The translations under genes were made by a program, and so were the position numbers. DNA of 64,000 nucleotides from contig JBMORA010000022.1 in the NCBI GenBank assembly GCA_049320885.1, forward strand, positions 1 to 64,000, in the 5' to 3' direction. The notes below the pieces were generated by a model. The model was not told where the DNA came from. It ran no database searches and saw only the letters and a list, made by a program, of their open reading frames with translations. The stretch comes from Thermodesulfobacteriota bacterium. GTDB taxonomy: Bacteria > Desulfobacterota > Desulfobacteria > Desulfobacterales > SURF-7. Of this stretch, positions 27,323 to 37,503 are shown one piece after another (position 1 is the stretch's first letter; the number at the start of each line of letters is the position of its first letter).

Positions 27323-27880
27323 TTATTTCTTCTTGATTTTACCCAGCAAACCCCCGAGCCAGTCCTTGAACCCATCTCCGAGGGAGGGGTCCTGAACGAC
27401 CAGCAGGCATTCGGCCTTTTTATCCGATTCCATGCTTTCGGCCCGGACGGTGTAGGTTCCGGCCGGTATGGGCGGCTGGGATACGACGACGTACATTTCC
27501 ATCTGTTCGTTCAGTTCCGTATCCGCCCGCAGGATTTCGGTGATCTTGACCAGTTTGGCCACTTCGGCGGTGAATCCGCCGTCCGCGCCGACCACTGCCT
27601 CCGCTATGGGGATATTTACGGTTTCGTCGCCCTTTTTTACCCCCACCAGGGCAACGAACACCGAATCACCGGGATGAAATCCCTGGCCCTGGAAGACCAG
27701 CCGGGTGTCGTTGAGCAGCCGCGCGATTCCCAGGCGGATGGAAGGCGGATCCACGATCAGCTGCGGTTCGGCGATGTCCGGTTTGAATTGCATGGGGGTT
27801 GCGGCGCAGCCCATGAACAGGCAGGCAAGGATGGCAAGAAGCAGGATTCCGGCGTTCGTCTTGTTTGTCGTCATGTGCAT
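27323..27880 (-). CDS. Hypothetical lipoprotein
   Basis: Lipobox-like LFMGC after a hydrophobic stretch; RBS AGGAG. Confidence 0.7.
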   Translation of the reverse strand: MHMTTNKTNAGILLLAILACLFMGCAATPMQFKPDIAEPQLIVDPPSIRLGIARLLNDTRLVFQGQGFHPGDSVFVALVGVKKGDETVNIPIAEAVVGADGGFTAEVAKLVKITEILRADTELNEQMEMYVVVSQPPIPAGTYTVRAESMESDKKAECLLVVQDPSLGDGFKDWLGGLLGKIKKK

Positions 27881-27953
27881 TCTCCTAATTACAAATATGA
27901 AATGATGGTTGCGTTTTTCATCAGCAAACCGATTCTTCCCGGAACTGTCCGCC

Positions 27954-29135
27954 TCAATCGCTCAGCCAGCCGGTGATGACTTTGGTTTCCCCGCCGGGCA
28001 GGCATTGCTGGAGATAGACCTCCTTGATGCCGTAGCGGCAGGAAGGGTCGCCGGGATTGAAGGGCTTGTAGGACACCGAGGCCGCGATCCCCGTTAAATT
28101 CTGGATGCTTTCCAGGGCGGCGATGAATTTTTCGCGGGTCAGATCCGGTCCGGTGCGGTTCAGGCCTTCCACCAGCACTTCGGCGTAGCCGATGCCGGCG
28201 ATCAGGGAAACACCCCAGGTGGCCTGCTTGTCGCCGAATTCCGCAAGGGCGTTTTTATACTTTTCGATGGCGGCCTTGTTTTCGTACTGAACATAATTGT
28301 CCGTGATCATCCCCTCGATCAGGCCTTTGCTCAGTTTGTGCATCTGGGGGAAATCCCCGAACATGCTGCCGGACATCCATTGGGGCGCGAGCCCCATCTG
28401 TTTGGCCAGGGTGAGGAGGCGCAGGGATTTGAACGGATCCATCCAGAGGATCACCACCTCCGGTTCGGCCTTGCGCAGTTCCAGGGTGGCGGGGTTCATG
28501 TTGGTTTCGTTGCGGTCCACCGGCACGGCGGCGGTCAGCTCGAGACCGTACTCCGCGAGGGCTTTCCGGGCGCCGTCGAGTCCGTTCTGGCCGAAGGGAT
28601 CGTTCAGATAGACGATGGCGATGCGTTTTTTGCCGAGAACCTTGACGGCATGCCGGCACAGCACCTTGGCCGAGAAGGTATAATGCGGGTAGAGCGCGAA
28701 AATCGTTTTCACCGGCGGCGTCACCCAGACTTCCGAGCCGGACAAGGGCCCGACCCAGGGGACGTTCCGGTTGATCAGGTAGTCCTTGACGGCCATGCCG
28801 GTGGCCGTGCCCACCCCGCCCACCCAGGCGAAAATGCCCACGGTCTCCTGGAGTTGTTTGACGCCGGCCTTGGTTTTGGCCGGGTTATAGCTGTCGTCGA
28901 GGGGATGATAGACGATTTTGCGGCCGTGAATCCCTCCGGCCTTGTTGACCATTTTGAAAACGATATCGGCTCCATAGACGCAGTCGGCCCAGAGTTTGGC
29001 CGGTCCGCTGAGGGGGCCGAACTGGCCGATGTGGATTTCGGTGTCGGTCACGCCTTCTTCGGCGCCCAGATGAATCGGCATTCCAATGATCAGCAGCAGG
29101 GCCCACAGGATCAGCAACGGTTTCCTTGCGTTCAT
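27954..29135 (-). CDS. Branched-chain amino acid-type (LivJ-like) periplasmic solute-binding protein
   Basis: Signal peptide; GVTDTEIHIG..GPLSGPA, N.AGGIHGRKI, DD.YNP. Confidence 0.9.
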   Translation of the reverse strand: MNARKPLLILWALLLIIGMPIHLGAEEGVTDTEIHIGQFGPLSGPAKLWADCVYGADIVFKMVNKAGGIHGRKIVYHPLDDSYNPAKTKAGVKQLQETVGIFAWVGGVGTATGMAVKDYLINRNVPWVGPLSGSEVWVTPPVKTIFALYPHYTFSAKVLCRHAVKVLGKKRIAIVYLNDPFGQNGLDGARKALAEYGLELTAAVPVDRNETNMNPATLELRKAEPEVVILWMDPFKSLRLLTLAKQMGLAPQWMSGSMFGDFPQMHKLSKGLIEGMITDNYVQYENKAAIEKYKNALAEFGDKQATWGVSLIAGIGYAEVLVEGLNRTGPDLTREKFIAALESIQNLTGIAASVSYKPFNPGDPSCRYGIKEVYLQQCLPGGETKVITGWLSD

Positions 29136-29162
29136 GTTTTTCCCCCTCCTTGTGATGATTTG

Positions 29163-31262
29163 TCAGATTTTAAAGCGTTGAACCGCTTCCTTCAGGGTCG
29201 TCGCCAGCTGGGAAAGATTGTTGGCGCTGGTGTCGATGCGGGAACTGGTGCGGGTCATCTCGCCGGCGCCTTGGTTGACTCCCGCTATTTCCCTGGCGAT
29301 CTGCTCCGCCACGGCCGAGCTCTGGGAGACGTTCTTGTTGACTTCCTGGACCCCCCTGGCCGCCTGGGTGATATTGTCGGCGATCTCCTTTGTCGTGGCC
29401 GATTGTTCCTCGATGGCGCCGGCGATGCTGGACACAATTTCATCCACCACATGGATGACGCTGGAGATATCATTGATCTGCGAAATGCTGATGTCGGTGG
29501 TCTGCTGGATTTTCTGGATTTTATCGCGGATCTGTCCGGCGGCTCCCGCTGTCTGTCGGGCCAGTTCCTTGATTTCGTTCGCCACCACGGCAAAGCCCTT
29601 GCCGGATTCGCCGGCCCGGGCCGCCTCGATGGTGGCATTCAGGGCCAGCAGCTTGGTCTGTTCCGATATCTCGTTGATGGCTTCCGTGATCTGACCGATT
29701 TCAGAGGCCGCGCGGCCGAGTTCATCCACCTGGTCGGTGGTTTTTTTGGATTTGGCGACGGCCTGCTCCGTGATGCCCCGCGCGTTTTCCGAGTTTCGCG
29801 CGATTTCATTGATGGTGGCGGTCATCTGTTCGGAAGCGGCGGCCACCATCTCGATATTGGTGGAGGTCTGTTCCGTGGCCGCGGCCACCGACCCCATGTT
29901 GGTGCTCATTTCCTCGGCGGCGGCGGCCACATTGTCGGACTGCTGGGAAGAATCCCGGGCAATCTGGGCCATGCTGCCGGAAAGCGCCGACAAGGCTTCC
30001 GAGGATGAATCCAGATGGTGGGTATTGTCCACGATTTTCCGGATCATTTCCTGAAGGTTTTCGATGAACACGTTGAACCAGCTGGCCAGGGCGCCCAATT
30101 CATCGTTGCCCCCGGCCGGAAGCCGATAGGTCAGGTCGCCGTCGCCCCGGGCGATATCCTTCAGTCCTTCCACGACCTTTAAAATGGGGGCGGTGATGGA
30201 GACGGAGAAGAAAAAGGACGCCGGCAGGACAATCACCAGCAGGCAGAACAGGGCGATGGTGACCAGCAGCTTGACGATCTGCCAGGTGTTGTTCCGGCTC
30301 ATGTCCTTGGAGAGCAGGGAGCTGAAGGCGCCGATGCAACCGGACGGATCGTGGAGGGGCAGGACAGCTTGGAAATAGCTGCCTTCCGGCAGGCCGATGT
30401 CGGTGTAGACCGGTTCCATCGCTTCCATGGATACGGCGCCGGCGTGCCGGGCGAATTCGGCCAGGTTCAGGCGGGAATAGGTCTGCATGGTGCCGGCGGC
30501 GAGGCCGTCGCGGTTGAACAGATTGATCTGGGTGCGGGAAAGCTCGGCCACGCGGCGGAGGAAGGCTTCGTCCAGGCGGCGCATGGCCACGGCAAATCCG
30601 ATCTGTTCCGGTTTGAGTTTTTCCGTTTTGGAATCGAAGACCATCGCGGTCACCGGAACATAGGCGACGAGCTGGATGAAACCGTCGGCGGCCTGGAAAT
30701 GGAAGCGGTTGAAGAGGGCGTCGTCGATGGTCTCCCGGGAGACGATCTGGACAATCTCCTCCCGTCGTTGCCATTTGATCGCGTCTTCCGATTCCTCGGC
30801 CCGGAGGACGGCGGCCTGAAATCCGGGGGCCGGAGCGTTTTCCGGAAAGCCGAGGAGGGCCTCGCCCCCTTCGAAGATCGCAAAGGCCGACAAATCGCCG
30901 TCGCGGTCGTATATCGCCGCTTTCCAGATGTGGTTGGGAAGAGCCACCCGGTATAAATCCTTGGCGGTTTCGGTATAGGAATCCCGGACCAGGGAGGAAT
31001 CCTCCGTCTGTTTTTCTTCCAGGATGAATTGAATGCGGCTGCCCATGTTGTTGATCGTGGCCATTTGCCGGGTGTCGGCCACCAGTTTTTCGCCGACGGC
31101 CGTCAGATCCCGGCGGAGAATCCGCATGGAATGGCTGAGCTGCTCCCGGGCCGCCGTGCGGTTTTGACGGGCGATCAGGATCGCGGCGGCAACCGTTGTC
31201 GCGATGGTGATCAGAAAGGCAATGGCCAAGGAGCCGAGAACGATTTTGGTTTTTACTTTCAT
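29163..31262 (-). CDS. Methyl-accepting chemotaxis protein (large periplasmic domain, HAMP)
   Basis: Two TM segments, GDLT..L...[29 protein letters not shown]. Confidence 0.9.
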   Translation of the reverse strand: MKVKTKIVLGSLAIAFLITIATTVAAAILIARQNRTAAREQLSHSMRILRRDLTAVGEKLVADTRQMATINNMGSRIQFILEEKQTEDSSLVRDSYTETAKDLYRVALPNHIWKAAIYDRDGDLSAFAIFEGGEALLGFPENAPAPGFQAAVLRAEESEDAIKWQRREEIVQIVSRETIDDALFNRFHFQAADGFIQLVAYVPVTAMVFDSKTEKLKPEQIGFAVAMRRLDEAFLRRVAELSRTQINLFNRDGLAAGTMQTYSRLNLAEFARHAGAVSMEAMEPVYTDIGLPEGSYFQAVLPLHDPSGCIGAFSSLLSKDMSRNNTWQIVKLLVTIALFCLLVIVLPASFFFSVSITAPILKVVEGLKDIARGDGDLTYRLPAGGNDELGALASWFNVFIENLQEMIRKIVDNTHHLDSSSEALSALSGSMAQIARDSSQQSDNVAAAAEEMSTNMGSVAAATEQTSTNIEMVAAASEQMTATINEIARNSENARGITEQAVAKSKKTTDQVDELGRAASEIGQITEAINEISEQTKLLALNATIEAARAGESGKGFAVVANEIKELARQTAGAAGQIRDKIQKIQQTTDISISQINDISSVIHVVDEIVSSIAGAIEEQSATTKEIADNITQAARGVQEVNKNVSQSSAVAEQIAREIAGVNQGAGEMTRTSSRIDTSANNLSQLATTLKEAVQRFKI

Positions 31263-31335
31263 GGTGGATACAATAATAATGAGACAAGAATTTGGAATCG
31301 AGGGAATCCGTCACTAGCGAAAAAAGAATACCATA

Positions 31336-32187
31336 TCATTTTCCTGATTGCAAATCCGGATTTTCCGGCCGGACGGATTCCGGCATGGCCCGGGCAAGGG
31401 TCAGCACATCGACCTGTTCGGCATGGTGCTTGACGAGAACGCCGGCGCATTCGTTGACCGTTGCGCCGGTGGTATAGACATCATCCACCAGCAGGATCCG
31501 GCGGCCGCTGATTCGTTCCGGCGCCGTTACCCGGAAGGCGTTGCGGATGTTGGCGGACCGGTCCGCCCGGCCCAGCCCCGTCTGGGGGGATGTGGGTTTG
31601 ATCCGGACCAGGATGTCCCGGGCTATCCGGAAAGGCCTTGCGGCGGGGGCTGCTTCCCCGGTGAAGCGCGGCCATTCCCGGATCAGCAGAAAGCTCTGAT
31701 TGAAACCGCGTTTTCTGAATTTGCTGTCATGCAGCGGAACGGGCAGGACCCAATCGATGTCGCCGGACCGGAAATGATCGGTGAAGGTTGCATACAGCAG
31801 CCGGCCGAGGGGGCCGGCCAACTGGATATTCCCGCCGTATTTCAGGCGATGGATGGCGTTCATCAGCGGGCCGCTGTAATGCCCGCAGGCCCGGGCCCGG
31901 CGGAAATGCTTCGGCGTCATGGCGCAATCCTGGCAGAGATGGTCCTCCCCCTCCCGGCTCTTGAAGGACAGCCCGCACATGGAGCAAAGGGGGGATTGAA
32001 CGGGGTTGTACCCGGCGCGGCAGGCGGTGCACAGATAATCGGCCGTCAGTGGACCGAAATCCGTCGGCAACGGGTTCCCAGGCCGCGGGGCCGGTTCTCC
32101 GCGGTAGAGTTCCCCGCATGCCAGGCACCGGTTCGGGAAAAAAAATTCCCGCGCGGCCCCGGCAATGCGGATCAGGGTTTTTCGCAT
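31336..32187 (-). CDS. comF: ComF family protein
   Basis: N-terminal CxxC zinc ribbons, PVPLH..RGFNQS, LLVDDVYTTGAT. Confidence 0.9.
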   Translation of the reverse strand: MRKTLIRIAGAAREFFFPNRCLACGELYRGEPAPRPGNPLPTDFGPLTADYLCTACRAGYNPVQSPLCSMCGLSFKSREGEDHLCQDCAMTPKHFRRARACGHYSGPLMNAIHRLKYGGNIQLAGPLGRLLYATFTDHFRSGDIDWVLPVPLHDSKFRKRGFNQSFLLIREWPRFTGEAAPAARPFRIARDILVRIKPTSPQTGLGRADRSANIRNAFRVTAPERISGRRILLVDDVYTTGATVNECAGVLVKHHAEQVDVLTLARAMPESVRPENPDLQSGK

Positions 32188-32190
32188 GGA

Positions 32191-33414
32191 TCATCCCATA
32201 TGGGTGACAAGGGCCCGGGCGAATTCCGAGCATTTGACCTCGGTGGCGCCCTCCATCTGCCGGGCCAGGTCATAGGTTACGATGCCGGACCGGATGACGG
32301 CCTGCAATCCCCGGCGGATCCGTTCGGCGGCCGGGCCCCAGCCCATGTAGTCCAGCATCATGGCGCCGGACAGGATCAGGGAACTCGGGTTCACCTTGTC
32401 CAGGCCGGCGTATTTCGGCGCAGTGCCGTGGGTCGCCTCGAAACAGGCGCAGGTGTCGCCGATATTGGCGCCGGGGGCCATCCCCAGGCCGCCCACCTGG
32501 GCCGCCAGGGCGTCGGAGAGATAATCGCCGTTCAGGTTCGGCGTTGCGATGACGGAGTACTCCTCCGGCCGCAGCAGGACCTGCTGGAACAGCATGTCGG
32601 CGATCCGGTCCTTGATAATGACCTTGCCTTCCGGAGGCCGGCCCTGATGGTGTTCATTCAATTCCGCTTCCGTCACGGTTCGGTCGCTGAATTTTTCCCC
32701 GGCGACTTCATAGCCCCAGGTACGGAAGGCGCCCTCGGTATATTTCATGATATTGCCCTTGTGCATCAGGGTGACGCTGGGCAGGCGGTTTTCAAGGGCG
32801 TAGGATATGGCCGCGGCCACCAGCCGCTTGGTATTGGCTTCGCTCATGGGCTTGATGCCGATGCCGGCGCGGGGCGGCAGGGCCGCTCCCATCCGCTGCT
32901 CCAGAAAAGCGATCACGTTTTCCGCCTCGGCGGTGCCCGCGCCCCATTCGATGCCGGCATAGAGGTCTTCCGTATTTTCCCGGAAAACGACCATGTCGAT
33001 TTTTTGGGGGTTCTTCATGGGGCTGGGCACGGGATCGATATAGCGCACCGGCCGCACGCAGGCGTAAAGGTCCAGTTTTTGGCGGATGGTCACATTCAGA
33101 CTGCGGATTCCCTTGCCCACCGGTGTGGTCAGGGGGCCTTTGATGGCCACCACATGGTCCTGAATGGCGGTAAGGGCCGACTCCGGCAGATAGTCGCCGG
33201 TTTTCCGGAAGCCTTTTTCGCCGACATCCAGGGAAAGCCATTCGATGCGCTTCCGGCCGTTGAAAGCGGCCGCGACGGCCGCGTCGATGACCAGACGGGC
33301 GGCGTTCCAGATATCCGGACCGATCCCGTCTCCCTCGATGAAGGGGATGATCGGCTGATCCGGAACCGTGAGGGTTCCATGGGCGGTTTTGGTGATTTTG
33401 GCTGGCTGGGTCAT
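32191..33414 (-). CDS. icd: NADP-dependent isocitrate dehydrogenase
   Basis: [60 protein letters not shown]. Confidence 0.95.
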   Translation of the reverse strand: MTQPAKITKTAHGTLTVPDQPIIPFIEGDGIGPDIWNAARLVIDAAVAAAFNGRKRIEWLSLDVGEKGFRKTGDYLPESALTAIQDHVVAIKGPLTTPVGKGIRSLNVTIRQKLDLYACVRPVRYIDPVPSPMKNPQKIDMVVFRENTEDLYAGIEWGAGTAEAENVIAFLEQRMGAALPPRAGIGIKPMSEANTKRLVAAAISYALENRLPSVTLMHKGNIMKYTEGAFRTWGYEVAGEKFSDRTVTEAELNEHHQGRPPEGKVIIKDRIADMLFQQVLLRPEEYSVIATPNLNGDYLSDALAAQVGGLGMAPGANIGDTCACFEATHGTAPKYAGLDKVNPSSLILSGAMMLDYMGWGPAAERIRRGLQAVIRSGIVTYDLARQMEGATEVKCSEFARALVTHMG

Positions 33415-33485
33415 GACATCTTCCTTTCTCGTCTCGCCGGATCGGCGCAGTACTAATATATTTGGATATGATACCGGATGAACCG

Positions 33486-34259
33486 TCATTGTTGTTTACC
33501 GGACGGACGCTCCTGGAACCGATGCCGCAAGGCTTCGTACATCAGGATGGCGCCGGCGACCGATGCATTCAGGGAATTGACCGCGCCCATCTGGGGGATG
33601 GCCACCAGCTGGTCGCAATGTTTCCGGACAAGCGGGCGCAGCCCCTTGTCTTCCCCGCCGACGATCAGGGCCAGAGGGCCTTTCAGATCCCAACGGAAGA
33701 TGCTGCTTTCGGCCCGGGCGTCGGCGCCGATGAGCCAGATGGCATTTTGCCGGAGCAGCCGCATGAAGTCCACCAGGTTGGTGACCCGGGCCAGGAGCGC
33801 ATGCTCCATTGCTCCGGCGGAAGCCTTGGATACGGAGGGGGTCGGCGCGGCGGCCCGGTCCTTGGGAATCACCACCCCCGCGGCTCCCAGGCAGACCGCC
33901 GATCGAATCAGCGCCCCCAGGTTGTGGGGATCCTGGACGCTGTCGATTAAAAGAAGGAAGTGTTCCCGGGGGTGTTGCAGATACCCGTGGACGATCTCGT
34001 CTTCGTCCGTCAGCGGGAAGGAGCCGGCCAGGGCCGCGACGCCCTGGTGCTTGTCCGATCCGCTCTTTTTCCGCAGCGCCTCCGCCGACAGGGTTCGAAG
34101 GGGAACTCCCTTTGCGTCGGCGAGTTCCCTGACCGGCTCCAGCCGGTGATGCGGGGCATTCGCGGCGATGTAGATTTCGCTGATGGCTCTCCGCCCCGCT
34201 TTCAGGGCTTCCTGGACCGGGTGAAGACCGTAGAGAATTTCCCAATTCGTTTTTTGCAT
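33486..34259 (-). CDS. rlmB: 23S rRNA (guanosine-2'-O)-methyltransferase RlmB
   Basis: [32 protein letters not shown]. Confidence 0.9.
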   Translation of the reverse strand: MQKTNWEILYGLHPVQEALKAGRRAISEIYIAANAPHHRLEPVRELADAKGVPLRTLSAEALRKKSGSDKHQGVAALAGSFPLTDEDEIVHGYLQHPREHFLLLIDSVQDPHNLGALIRSAVCLGAAGVVIPKDRAAAPTPSVSKASAGAMEHALLARVTNLVDFMRLLRQNAIWLIGADARAESSIFRWDLKGPLALIVGGEDKGLRPLVRKHCDQLVAIPQMGAVNSLNASVAGAILMYEALRHRFQERPSGKQQ

Positions 34260-34302
34260 ATCGGTTTTCAGTCGTTGTCGCTGTCGGTGCGGTCCGCGGC
34301 GC

Positions 34303-34929
34303 TCATTCCCCGCCTCGATTCCCATGCCGCCGGATGATGTCCGTAAGTTCCTCAATGGCTTCCGGCAGATGGTCGTTGATCACAATGTAGTGATACAGAT
34401 CCTTTCTGGCCATTTCTTCCCGGGAATTCCTGAGCCGTTTTTCGATGACCTCCTTGGAATCGGTTCCCCTGCCGGCCAGCCGCCGGGCCAGAATCTCCGG
34501 CGATGGGGGCATGATGAAAATGGTGATGCATCCGGGATAGCGCCGCATGATTTGCTGCGCTCCCTGAACATCGATGTCCAGCAGGATGTCGTTTCCGCGG
34601 GCAAGCCGCTGCTCCAGAAAAAGAGCGGACGTGCCGTAATAATTTCCGTGCACTTCCGCCCACTCCGCCCATTGATCCGATTCAATCCGCCGCTGAAACT
34701 CATCCGGGGAGATGAAAAAATAATCCCGGCCGTGCTCTTCTCCCTTGCGGGGCGTCCGGGTGGTGTAGGAGATGGAATACTTCAGATCCGGCAACCGCTT
34801 CAGCACTTCCCGGCACAGGGTTGTTTTCCCCGCGCCGGAGGGGGCCGAGACCACGAAGAGACAGCCTTCCCGCCCGCCGGTCATGCGGATGTCGCCCCTG
34901 GATTGCGGTATGCTTTGTTTCCCGTTCAT
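34303..34929 (-). CDS. gmk: Guanylate kinase (start may be 34884)
   Basis: SAPSGAGKTT, SYTTR.PR.GE..GRDYFF, GNYYGT, DIDVQGA. Confidence 0.95.
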   Translation of the reverse strand: MNGKQSIPQSRGDIRMTGGREGCLFVVSAPSGAGKTTLCREVLKRLPDLKYSISYTTRTPRKGEEHGRDYFFISPDEFQRRIESDQWAEWAEVHGNYYGTSALFLEQRLARGNDILLDIDVQGAQQIMRRYPGCITIFIMPPSPEILARRLAGRGTDSKEVIEKRLRNSREEMARKDLYHYIVINDHLPEAIEELTDIIRRHGNRGGE

Positions 34930-34935
34930 GATCCG

Positions 34936-35190
34936 TCACGCGGTTTCCTTGATGGTGGCAAGGCGCTGGGAGATGGTTTCCGCCTGGATGGCGGACAGGA
35001 TGATGTGGTTGCTGTCGGTGACGATGATGGAGCGGGTGCGCCTGCCGTAGGTGGCGTCAATCAGGCGTTTGTCCTCCTTGGCCTCATCCTTCAACCGTTT
35101 CATCGGTGCGGAATTGGGGGATACGATGGCGATCACCCGCTCGGCGACGACCGTGCTGCCGAATCCGATATTCAATAAGGTTTGTTCCAT
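34936..35190 (-). CDS. remA: DUF370/RemA family protein
   Basis: LNIGFG..V...[13 protein letters not shown]...[12 protein letters not shown]; conserved yicC-remA-gmk order. Confidence 0.85.
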   Translation of the reverse strand: MEQTLLNIGFGSTVVAERVIAIVSPNSAPMKRLKDEAKEDKRLIDATYGRRTRSIIVTDSNHIILSAIQAETISQRLATIKETA

Positions 35191-35229
35191 GGCCCTCCCT
35201 TTCCCCGCTACCCGCCGCCGGCGGCGACA

Positions 35230-36111
35230 TCACTCGATGTTTTGAACCTGTTCACGAATTTTTTCAAGCTCTGTTTTCAGCGCGACAATGGTGTGGGATA
35301 TCTCCACCTTGCCGCTTTTGGAACCCATGGTGTTGAATTCCCGGTTCAATTCCTGGAGCAGAAAATTCAATGGCCGTCCGGCCGGTTCTTCCGCGTCCAT
35401 GAGGTGCCGAAACTGCGTCAAATGACTTCTGGCCCGCACGATTTCCTCGGAAATGTCGCTGCGATCCGCCAGAAAGGCGGCCTCCTGGGCAAGCCGCGTC
35501 GGATCGATTTCGATCTGTCCCTGGGTCAGGACGGTGATCCGCTCCTTCAATTTTTCCTGGTAATGGGGCAACAGCTGCGAGGCCGCCTGTTCGATGCCCT
35601 GGAGGCTCCGCTCGATGGCGGCCAGCCGGTCCTCGAAATCCTTGCGGAGGAATCCGCCTTCCTTTTGGCGCATGTCGTTCAGGGTGGCGAGGGCTTCGTC
35701 CAGGCAGCAGGATATCATCGGCCGGATGCTTTCCAGATCTTTTTCCACGTCGGCCGGTTTGAACAAGCCTTCACAGGCGAGCAGGTGGTCTATCCGGAGG
35801 TCGCCCTTCAGATCCAGGGAGGATTTCAAACGGCCCAGGGCCCGATGGTATGCTCGGGCCCGGGCTTCGTCGGTCTCGAAGGCAATGGCCTGGGCCGATT
35901 CATCCTGAATCCGAAAGCGGACCTCCACCCGCCCCCTGCTCAGGGCCGCGCCGATCCGGGTGCGGATGAAATCCTCCAGTCCTTCGTAGCCGTGGGGAAG
36001 GCGCAGCAGCAGGTCAAGGCTTTTCCCGTTGTAGGAACGGATTTCGGTGGATACGGTGATCCGGCCGGTTGTCGTTTCCGCTTTGGCGTATGCGGTCATG
36101 CTCTGAATCAT
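35230..36111 (-). CDS. yicC: YicC/YloC family endoribonuclease
   Basis: MIQSMTAY, RGRVE, DISEE..R..SH, GR.LNFLLQELNREFNT.GSK, REQVQNIE. Confidence 0.9.
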   Translation of the reverse strand: MIQSMTAYAKAETTTGRITVSTEIRSYNGKSLDLLLRLPHGYEGLEDFIRTRIGAALSRGRVEVRFRIQDESAQAIAFETDEARARAYHRALGRLKSSLDLKGDLRIDHLLACEGLFKPADVEKDLESIRPMISCCLDEALATLNDMRQKEGGFLRKDFEDRLAAIERSLQGIEQAASQLLPHYQEKLKERITVLTQGQIEIDPTRLAQEAAFLADRSDISEEIVRARSHLTQFRHLMDAEEPAGRPLNFLLQELNREFNTMGSKSGKVEISHTIVALKTELEKIREQVQNIE

Positions 36112-36674
36112 GGCGTCTCCCGGCTGCCGGCGCCGGAGTTGCCGGCCGGCAGGAGTTGAAGATCGAAACGGTATTTTTTCCGGACCGCTTCCAGGAAGGT
36201 GGTTATGCCGGTGTCGGCGTAATCCGGATAGGTCCAGGGCAGCTTCTGGAAGGCTTTTTTCTGATACAGCAGGGTCAGGTCGGCATAGATCCCCTCGCCC
36301 AAATAAATCCGGTGGGAATAGTTTTTCCCGCTGGCCAGAACAAAGCGCTCCATGACCAGGTAGCCCGGGTCGATATTCACCCGGCGTTTCCCGTCACCGG
36401 CCAGTTGCTGTTCCATCCGGTTGGTGGCCAGCTTGACGGCGGGAAGCTCTTCCTGCCGGATCGGATTTTTGAATGCCAGCATGCGCCGGAAAAGCGGTTT
36501 CCCCATTTCCGGCGCATAATAATCGGTGTAATCAAAACCGAGCCACGAGCTGGCGAGGTCCACCGGGCCGAACCGTTGGACGAGCGCCTTTCCGGCGATT
36601 CCATAAAGCGATTTGTCGGCCATCAACAGACTGATGACCAGTTTCGCGGAGGGAGGAAGTTGGGGAAGGCTCAT
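36108..36674 (-). CDS. DUF4416 family protein
   Basis: FDYTDYY..EMG, RRVNIDPGY, HRIYL..GIYADLTL, PWTYPDY. Confidence 0.8.
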   Translation of the reverse strand: MSLPQLPPSAKLVISLLMADKSLYGIAGKALVQRFGPVDLASSWLGFDYTDYYAPEMGKPLFRRMLAFKNPIRQEELPAVKLATNRMEQQLAGDGKRRVNIDPGYLVMERFVLASGKNYSHRIYLGEGIYADLTLLYQKKAFQKLPWTYPDYADTGITTFLEAVRKKYRFDLQLLPAGNSGAGSRETP

Positions 36675-36719
36675 GGCTGCCGCATTATGGGTAACGAAAT
36701 CCTTAAGGTTATTAGGGGA

Positions 36720-36893
36720 TTATTGCCGGATCGGTTTGGCCTCTTCCACCAGCATGATGGGAATGCCGTCGCGGATTTCATACAACAACCGGCAGTGTTC
36801 GCAAATCAATCCGTTCCCCTCTTCATTTGGACGGATATCTCCCTTGCATTTGGGGCAAGCGAGAATGTCGAGCAATTCTTTACGGATGGTCAT
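36720..36893 (-). CDS. Trm112-like (UPF0434) protein
   Basis: LLDILACPKCKG...C..C.L.YEIRDGIPIML.EEA; RBS AAGGAG. Confidence 0.9.
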   Translation of the reverse strand: MTIRKELLDILACPKCKGDIRPNEEGNGLICEHCRLLYEIRDGIPIMLVEEAKPIRQ

Positions 36894-37210
36894 GAAACGC
36901 TCCTTAGAAATAAAAGTGACACCGGAAACCTGTTCCCCTATAACAAAGATGCCGTCCGCATGCAAAACAAAACCGCCCCCGGGCGGAAGCGGTGATGGCC
37001 GGCCGGCTGTAAAATTTCTTGACAACCGGAAGGAAATATGAGCTAATGGATATATCATTAAATACAATATTTTGAGTGAGACACAGTCTTCAGGCGCCGG
37101 CACAAACGATCCCCGAATGGAGCGTGAAATTGTCTCTTGCAGGTTGGGTTCTCGCTACTCCGCACCTGTTTCATCCGTAAGTACAATTGTGCATTGAAGG
37201 ATCATGATTC

Positions 37211-37402
37211 ATGGATAACAGAGGGGTTTCTTCGGACAATGGGGGCAGGCGCTCGAACCTGGAGCGGCGGGTTGTGGCCTGTTGGGACTATTCCCCTGAA
37301 CGAAGAACCGATAACGACCGGCGAAGCGGGTTCGACCGGAGAAAAAACCGGTATGAAAATGTCGGTGAAATCGAGCGCCGCAGCCTGGCCGATATTCTGT
37401 AA
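37211..37402 (+). CDS. Small protein with repeated (D/E)RR motifs
   Basis: GGRRSNLERR...PERRTDNDRRSGFDRR...ERR; GAAGGA upstream. Confidence 0.65.
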   Translation: MDNRGVSSDNGGRRSNLERRVVACWDYSPERRTDNDRRSGFDRRKNRYENVGEIERRSLADIL

Positions 37403-37503
37403 GCCGCAGCCCATGTCCCTCCCGAATCCATCCCGCCCCCTTCTTCCCCGGAACCACCGGCGCCATCCCTTCCGGCAACCCATGGCCGTACGGAGATGAT
37501 TCC

